A stretch of DNA of 64,000 nucleotides, from contig CAZKRB010000001.1 in the NCBI GenBank assembly GCA_964555065.1, forward strand, positions 43,413 to 107,412, in the 5' to 3' direction. Within the stretch, counting starts at the first letter, position 1. Each line of letters begins with the position of its first letter. The notes below the pieces were generated by a model. It had not been told where the DNA came from. It searched no databases and was given only the letters and a program-made list of their open reading frames with translations. Shown in pieces: positions 60,004 to 64,000 of the stretch. The DNA comes from an uncultured Syntrophus sp. (GTDB taxonomy: Bacteria; Desulfobacterota; Syntrophia; Syntrophales; Syntrophaceae). A program made the position numbers and the translations under genes.

Positions 60004-61495
60004 CGTTGCCTGCCCCCGGGGCGGATTCCCGGGACCTCGGAGAGGAGCCCCGGCCTTTTTTCCGGAGCTTGACCGTAACCGTCACCTCGGGCGATTTGCC
60101 GTTGACGGTTCGAACTTCTGCCGGAATCAGCACCCTGGCCCGGTGGAACTGCAATTCCACCGTTGCCTCCAAGGGAACCGGTTCGGTCTTCAGTTGTATC
60201 TGATGGGGGGAGATCTTTTCCGGAAGGAGTACCCGCAGGGACGAAGGGGAAAGGAGGGTCTGCTGGATGACCCATCCCTGGGGGGGGCGCTCGGTGACCG
60301 CTTCGATGGGAACTTCCACTTCCTCGTACCGGGAGAGGGTAATGGTGATCCGCTCCGGCTTGATGCTTTCCACGTTGAGGCCGGCAGGCGGAAGGACCAG
60401 GCTTCCCGCGAGGGGGATCTCCACTTTTCCCGACCGGGTGTCGGCCAGATCGATGGAGACCTTGAGCCGAGACGGATCCAGGATTTGAAAGCCCTGGGAC
60501 GGCCCGGAGAGGGTCACCACGGCGTCGGTGCTGCGGGAGCCTTCCAGGACCCAGCCGGGGGCAAGGTTGACGTATTCGATGGGAACGATGAAATCCCGCT
60601 GGACCGAATCCCGCTGATAGCCGAAACTGAGCCAGAGAATAAAGGCCAGGGCCAGGGCCAGGGCTTTTTCCTTGGGGTTTTTCTTCAGCCAGACCAGAAT
60701 GGGATGCTGCGGCCGGGCTGGAGCGCGCTGCGCGTAAAACTCTTCCAGGGCGTTCTTCAGTTCCGCCGCGTTTTCAACCTCCCTCAACTGCTCACCTTGG
60801 GCGAGGGACAGCGTGCCCCTCTCCTCGGAAACCACCAGGCAGAGGGCATCGGAACGTTCCGCAAGGCCCAGGGCGGCGGTATGGCGAAGTCCGAAATGGC
60901 GCCGGGGATGGATGTTGCCGGTGAGCGGGAGGTGACAGCCGAACTGTTCGACGCGATTGTCCCTGATGACAACGGCCCCGTCGTGCCCCTTGGAGTGGGG
61001 ATCGAAGATGCTCTCCAGCAGGGGTTCACTGAGCAGGGCATCCAGGGGAACGCCTCCGGTGAGATGGCGGTCCAGAGGATCGCTGCCGGCAATCACGATC
61101 AGCGCGCCGATATGCCTCCGGGCAAGATTGGCCGCGGCCGAGGCGAGAACTTCCGCATTGGAGGCCGAAGCAACCGTTTCGCGGAAAGAAATTTTAAAAC
61201 GCCCCCAGAGGGCCAGCCGTTCGAATAAGCGCCGGAGATCCTCCTGAAAAATGACGACCAGCACGAAGAGGAGAATGGCAAAAAATCCCTGAAGAACCCA
61301 GGTGGTGAGGTAGAGCTGAAAAAACCGGGCCAGCCCATAGATGACCCCCAGGACGCCGATGCCGGCCAGCACGAATCGCGAGGCCCGGTCCTTGAACCAG
61401 ACCAGGAGGGCTGAAATCATGATGGCGATAATGGCGATGTCAAAAATATCCTGGATCTGAACACTTTTCAGCATCGCCCCGATGCGGGTCAGCAT
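59990..61495 (-). CDS. cdaA: Diadenylate cyclase (CdaA-type) fused to a YbbR/CdaR-like C-terminal region
   Basis: Three N-terminal TMs, IFQEDLRR, HDGAVVI, GLRHTAALG, VVSEERG; a further TM then VPIEY...VTLSGP...KVSIDL YbbR-like repeats. Confidence 0.85.
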   Translation of the reverse strand: MLTRIGAMLKSVQIQDIFDIAIIAIMISALLVWFKDRASRFVLAGIGVLGVIYGLARFFQLYLTTWVLQGFFAILLFVLVVIFQEDLRRLFERLALWGRFKISFRETVASASNAEVLASAAANLARRHIGALIVIAGSDPLDRHLTGGVPLDALLSEPLLESIFDPHSKGHDGAVVIRDNRVEQFGCHLPLTGNIHPRRHFGLRHTAALGLAERSDALCLVVSEERGTLSLAQGEQLREVENAAELKNALEEFYAQRAPARPQHPILVWLKKNPKEKALALALAFILWLSFGYQRDSVQRDFIVPIEYVNLAPGWVLEGSRSTDAVVTLSGPSQGFQILDPSRLKVSIDLADTRSGKVEIPLAGSLVLPPAGLNVESIKPERITITLSRYEEVEVPIEAVTERPPQGWVIQQTLLSPSSLRVLLPEKISPHQIQLKTEPVPLEATVELQFHRARVLIPAEVRTVNGKSPEVTVTVKLRKKGRGSSPRSRESAPGAGNDDAR

Positions 61496-61585
61496 AAGGT
61501 CCTTCTCTGCACCTTAAAAAATCCGGAAAGGAATGGATGAATCGGACGGTACGATCCATCTTTACAATCCTTGCTTATGGATAAA

Positions 61586-61615
61586 CTTATATGTAAAGCA
61601 CGCTCACCCTGTCAA
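61586..61615 (-). promoter_or_regulatory. sigma70 promoter for the cdaA-corA genes
   Basis: TTGACA-N18-TATAAG on the minus strand. Confidence 0.55.
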
Positions 61616-61699
61616 GAACATCTTGAATTATCGAAAGAAATGCTTTCCTCGGAAAGGATGGGCAATTCCGGGAAGCCCGCCCGGCATTAAAAAATGTTA

Positions 61700-61729
61700 T
61701 TGACAGGGCAGTGTATGATCTGTTAAGTA
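61700..61729 (+). promoter_or_regulatory. sigma70 promoter for the trp leader/operon
   Basis: TTGACA at 61700 with TGTTAAGTA 15-18 nt downstream. Confidence 0.5.
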
Positions 61730-61786
61730 GTTCCAAAATTTTATAGGTTTCAATTTCCGTAACGGAAGAGAAATTTGACGACAATC

Positions 61787-61861
61787 ATGAAACGGAACGC
61801 ATTCGTGTTAACAATGAACTGGTGGTGGCAGGCCTCAAAACAGGGGGGTGTCTGCCGGTAG
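61787..61861 (+). CDS. trpL: trp operon leader peptide (24 aa, three tandem Trp)
   Basis: MKRNAFVLTMNWWWQASKQGGVCR* directly upstream of terminator hairpins and trpE. Confidence 0.88.
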   Translation: MKRNAFVLTMNWWWQASKQGGVCR

Positions 61862-61882
61862 AAGTTTGGATATAAAAAAACG

Positions 61883-61928
61883 AAAGCCGTGGAGAAGCTC
61901 CCAGAGACCTCCACGGCTTTTTTATTTT
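61883..61928 (+). terminator. trp attenuator terminator hairpin 1
   Basis: aaagccgtggag-N14-ctccacggcttt followed by tttatttt. Confidence 0.85.
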
Positions 61929-61946
61929 CAGGACCATACTGCACAG

Positions 61947-61984
61947 GAAAAAGGCCGTGAAGGATTTCACGGCCTTTTTCTTTT
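61947..61984 (+). terminator. Second terminator-like hairpin in the trp leader
   Basis: gaaaaaggccgtgaa-ggat-ttcacggcctttttc perfect 15-bp stem plus tttt. Confidence 0.8.
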
Positions 61985-62005
61985 GGCGAAGAGGAAAAAC
62001 AAACC

Positions 62006-63520
62006 ATGTATGCTCCAGACATTGAAACCTTTGAAAAGCTTTCCCGGGAGGGAAATCTGATTCCCCTGTACCGGGAGATTCTGGCGGATATTGAGACTCC
62101 CGTTTCCGTTTTTGCGAAGCTGCGCGATCAATCCTACGCCTTTTTACTCGAAAGCGTGGAGGGGGGCGAAAAGTGGGGGCGTTACACCTTCCTCGGGACG
62201 GACCCCCGCCTCATTTTCCGGGTGAAAGGGCCGGAGATCGAAATCGAGGAGCAGGGGAATAAATCCCGTTTTGCTCATCAGGGAGATCCGCTCCGCTTCC
62301 TTCGAGAGATCCTTCAACGCTACACCCCCGTGACGGTCGAAGGGCTGCCGCGCTTTTACGGCGGCGCGGTCGGTTATCTGGGGTATGAGATGGTGAATTA
62401 TTTTGAGCGCCTTCCCGCCTCCGCCGAAGATGATCTGCACACGGACGAGGCGGTGTTCCTGGTGACGGACACGCTGATCCTCTTTGACCGGGTTCGCCAC
62501 ACGATCAAAGTGGTGGCCTGTGTCCATCTCGATGGAGAACAGGCGCTGGAGACGCTTTATCAGGAAGCCGTCGGGAAGATCGAAGCCATGATCGACCTGC
62601 TGCAGGCCCCGGCAATTCCGCCGCTCCCTTCGCCTCCCGCCCCCGCCGCCCTCGACTTCAAGGCGAACATGACGCCCGAGGCCTTCCGAAACAGCGTGGA
62701 ACGAGCCAAGGAATACATCCGGGCCGGGGATATCATCCAGGTGGTCCTTTCCCAGCGGTTTGCCGCCCAGACGCCTCCCGAGCCGATTGATCTCTATCGG
62801 GCGGTACGGTTCGTCAATCCTTCGCCCTATCTCTTCTTCCTCAAGCTCGAAGACCTGGTCCTGATCGGCTCTTCGCCGGAGGTCATGGTCCGCCTGGAGG
62901 AGGGGATTGTCGAACTGAAACCCATTGCCGGAACCCGGCCGCGGGGAAAGACGGAGCAGGAAGACCGACGGCTGGCCGATGAGCTGCTGGAAGACCCCAA
63001 GGAAAGGGCGGAGCATGTCATGCTCGTGGATCTGGGAAGAAATGACCTGGGGCGGATCGCCCGGACCGGCAGCGTCCAGATTACCCAACTGATGCTCATC
63101 GAGCGGTACTCCCACGTCATGCACATCGTCTCCTCCATCCAGGCGCAGCTCGATGACGGCCGGGACGCCTTTGATGTGCTGAAGGCGACCTTTCCCGCCG
63201 GCACCCTGACGGGAGCGCCCAAGATCCGGGCCATGGAAATCATCGATGAGCTGGAGCCGGTCCGGAGAGGGCCCTATGGCGGGGCAGTCGGCTACTTCAG
63301 CTTTTCGGGGAACATGGACTTCTGCATCACCATCCGCACGATGCTGCTGAATGAGGGGAAACTTTATCTTCAGGCGGGCGCCGGGGTGGTCGCCGATTCC
63401 GATCCCCAGGCGGAGTATGAGGAAACGGTCAACAAAGCCGCGGGGATGCGTCAGGCCGTGGAGCTGGCGCGGTCCGGATTCCAGATCCGGCAGCAGCCCT
63501 ACGGCGTGCAAAAGCTATAA
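62006..63520 (+). CDS. trpE: Anthranilate synthase component I
   Basis: FLLESVEGGEKWGRY, NPSPY, PIAGTRPRG, AEHVMLVDLGRND, FPAGTLTGAPK. Confidence 0.96.
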   Translation: MYAPDIETFEKLSREGNLIPLYREILADIETPVSVFAKLRDQSYAFLLESVEGGEKWGRYTFLGTDPRLIFRVKGPEIEIEEQGNKSRFAHQGDPLRFLREILQRYTPVTVEGLPRFYGGAVGYLGYEMVNYFERLPASAEDDLHTDEAVFLVTDTLILFDRVRHTIKVVACVHLDGEQALETLYQEAVGKIEAMIDLLQAPAIPPLPSPPAPAALDFKANMTPEAFRNSVERAKEYIRAGDIIQVVLSQRFAAQTPPEPIDLYRAVRFVNPSPYLFFLKLEDLVLIGSSPEVMVRLEEGIVELKPIAGTRPRGKTEQEDRRLADELLEDPKERAEHVMLVDLGRNDLGRIARTGSVQITQLMLIERYSHVMHIVSSIQAQLDDGRDAFDVLKATFPAGTLTGAPKIRAMEIIDELEPVRRGPYGGAVGYFSFSGNMDFCITIRTMLLNEGKLYLQAGAGVVADSDPQAEYEETVNKAAGMRQAVELARSGFQIRQQPYGVQKL

Positions 63521-63564
63521 AATTGAAAATGAATTCAACCAAACAGGGAGATGAGGGCAATAAA

Positions 63565-64000
63565 ATGATTCTGATGATCGATAATTATGATTCCTTCACG
63601 TTTAATCTGGTCCAGTACCTGAGGCAGCTCGGGGAAGAGGTGGCGGTTTGCCGGAACGATGAAATGACGCTAAGGGAAATCGAAAAGATGAAACCGGCGG
63701 CCATTTTCCTGTCGCCCGGACCGTGCACTCCGAAAGAAGCGGGAATCACGGTGGAGGTGATCCGGAGATTCTACCGGGAGATTCCGCTGATGGGCGTCTG
63801 TCTCGGGCACCAGTCCATCGGCTACGCCTTCGGGGCCGAAGTGGTCCCGGCCGGGCAGCTTATGCACGGCAAGACCTCCCAGGTCAGCCATGACGGGAAA
63901 ACCCTCTTCAAAGGGGTTCCGAACCCCTTCACGGCAGGGCGGTATCATTCTCTGATCCTCAAACGGGAGACCCTGCCGGCGTGCCTGGAAGTGTCGGCGG
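63565..64000 (+). CDS. trpG: Anthranilate synthase component II (glutamine amidotransferase), partial
   Basis: MILMIDNYDSFTFNLVQY, LSPGP, GVCLGHQ, MHGK, RYHSL; runs off the window end. Confidence 0.93.
   Translation, partial: MILMIDNYDSFTFNLVQYLRQLGEEVAVCRNDEMTLREIEKMKPAAIFLSPGPCTPKEAGITVEVIRRFYREIPLMGVCLGHQSIGYAFGAEVVPAGQLMHGKTSQVSHDGKTLFKGVPNPFTAGRYHSLILKRETLPACLEVSA

Overview
GC-rich bacterial chromosomal segment. Gene content suggests an anaerobic deltaproteobacterium, possibly Syntrophales-like (inference only). Left to right: a sigma54 two-component system followed by a ModF-like ABC ATPase; a YqhD/BdhA-type iron alcohol dehydrogenase; an AT-richer czcI-like/czcCBA/PII/lipoprotein metal-efflux block; a ~43 kb accessory island (14.4-57 kb); a DnaA-box cluster; a cdaA-YbbR fusion/corA/flavin reductase cluster; and the start of the trp operon (Trp-rich leader peptide, two terminator hairpins, trpE, partial trpG). 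The island holds an envelope/ion operon (RND pump, two K+ channels, DUF3313, YSC84/SYLF, pqiABC, AI-2E, Na+/H+ antiporter), a divergent glucan-hydrolase operon (GH63-like, GH13, malQ, glk), a glycogen-to-acetate operon (glgP, broken glgX, fba, pfk, pta, ackA, DUF3300, DUF2950, pyk, frameshifted gpmA) and a GAF-PAS-AAA+ sigma54 activator. The strongest unannotated signal is a 37-bp motif (29/37 identical) upstream of both large minus-strand operons. Each copy has a TCCAAAAAA element 110-111 bp away on the operon side but no canonical -12, which suggests one activator controls both carbon-reserve mobilisation and envelope remodelling. No rRNA, tRNA, CRISPR array or intact transposase was recognised. 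Family assignments come from reading motifs by eye, not from database searches.
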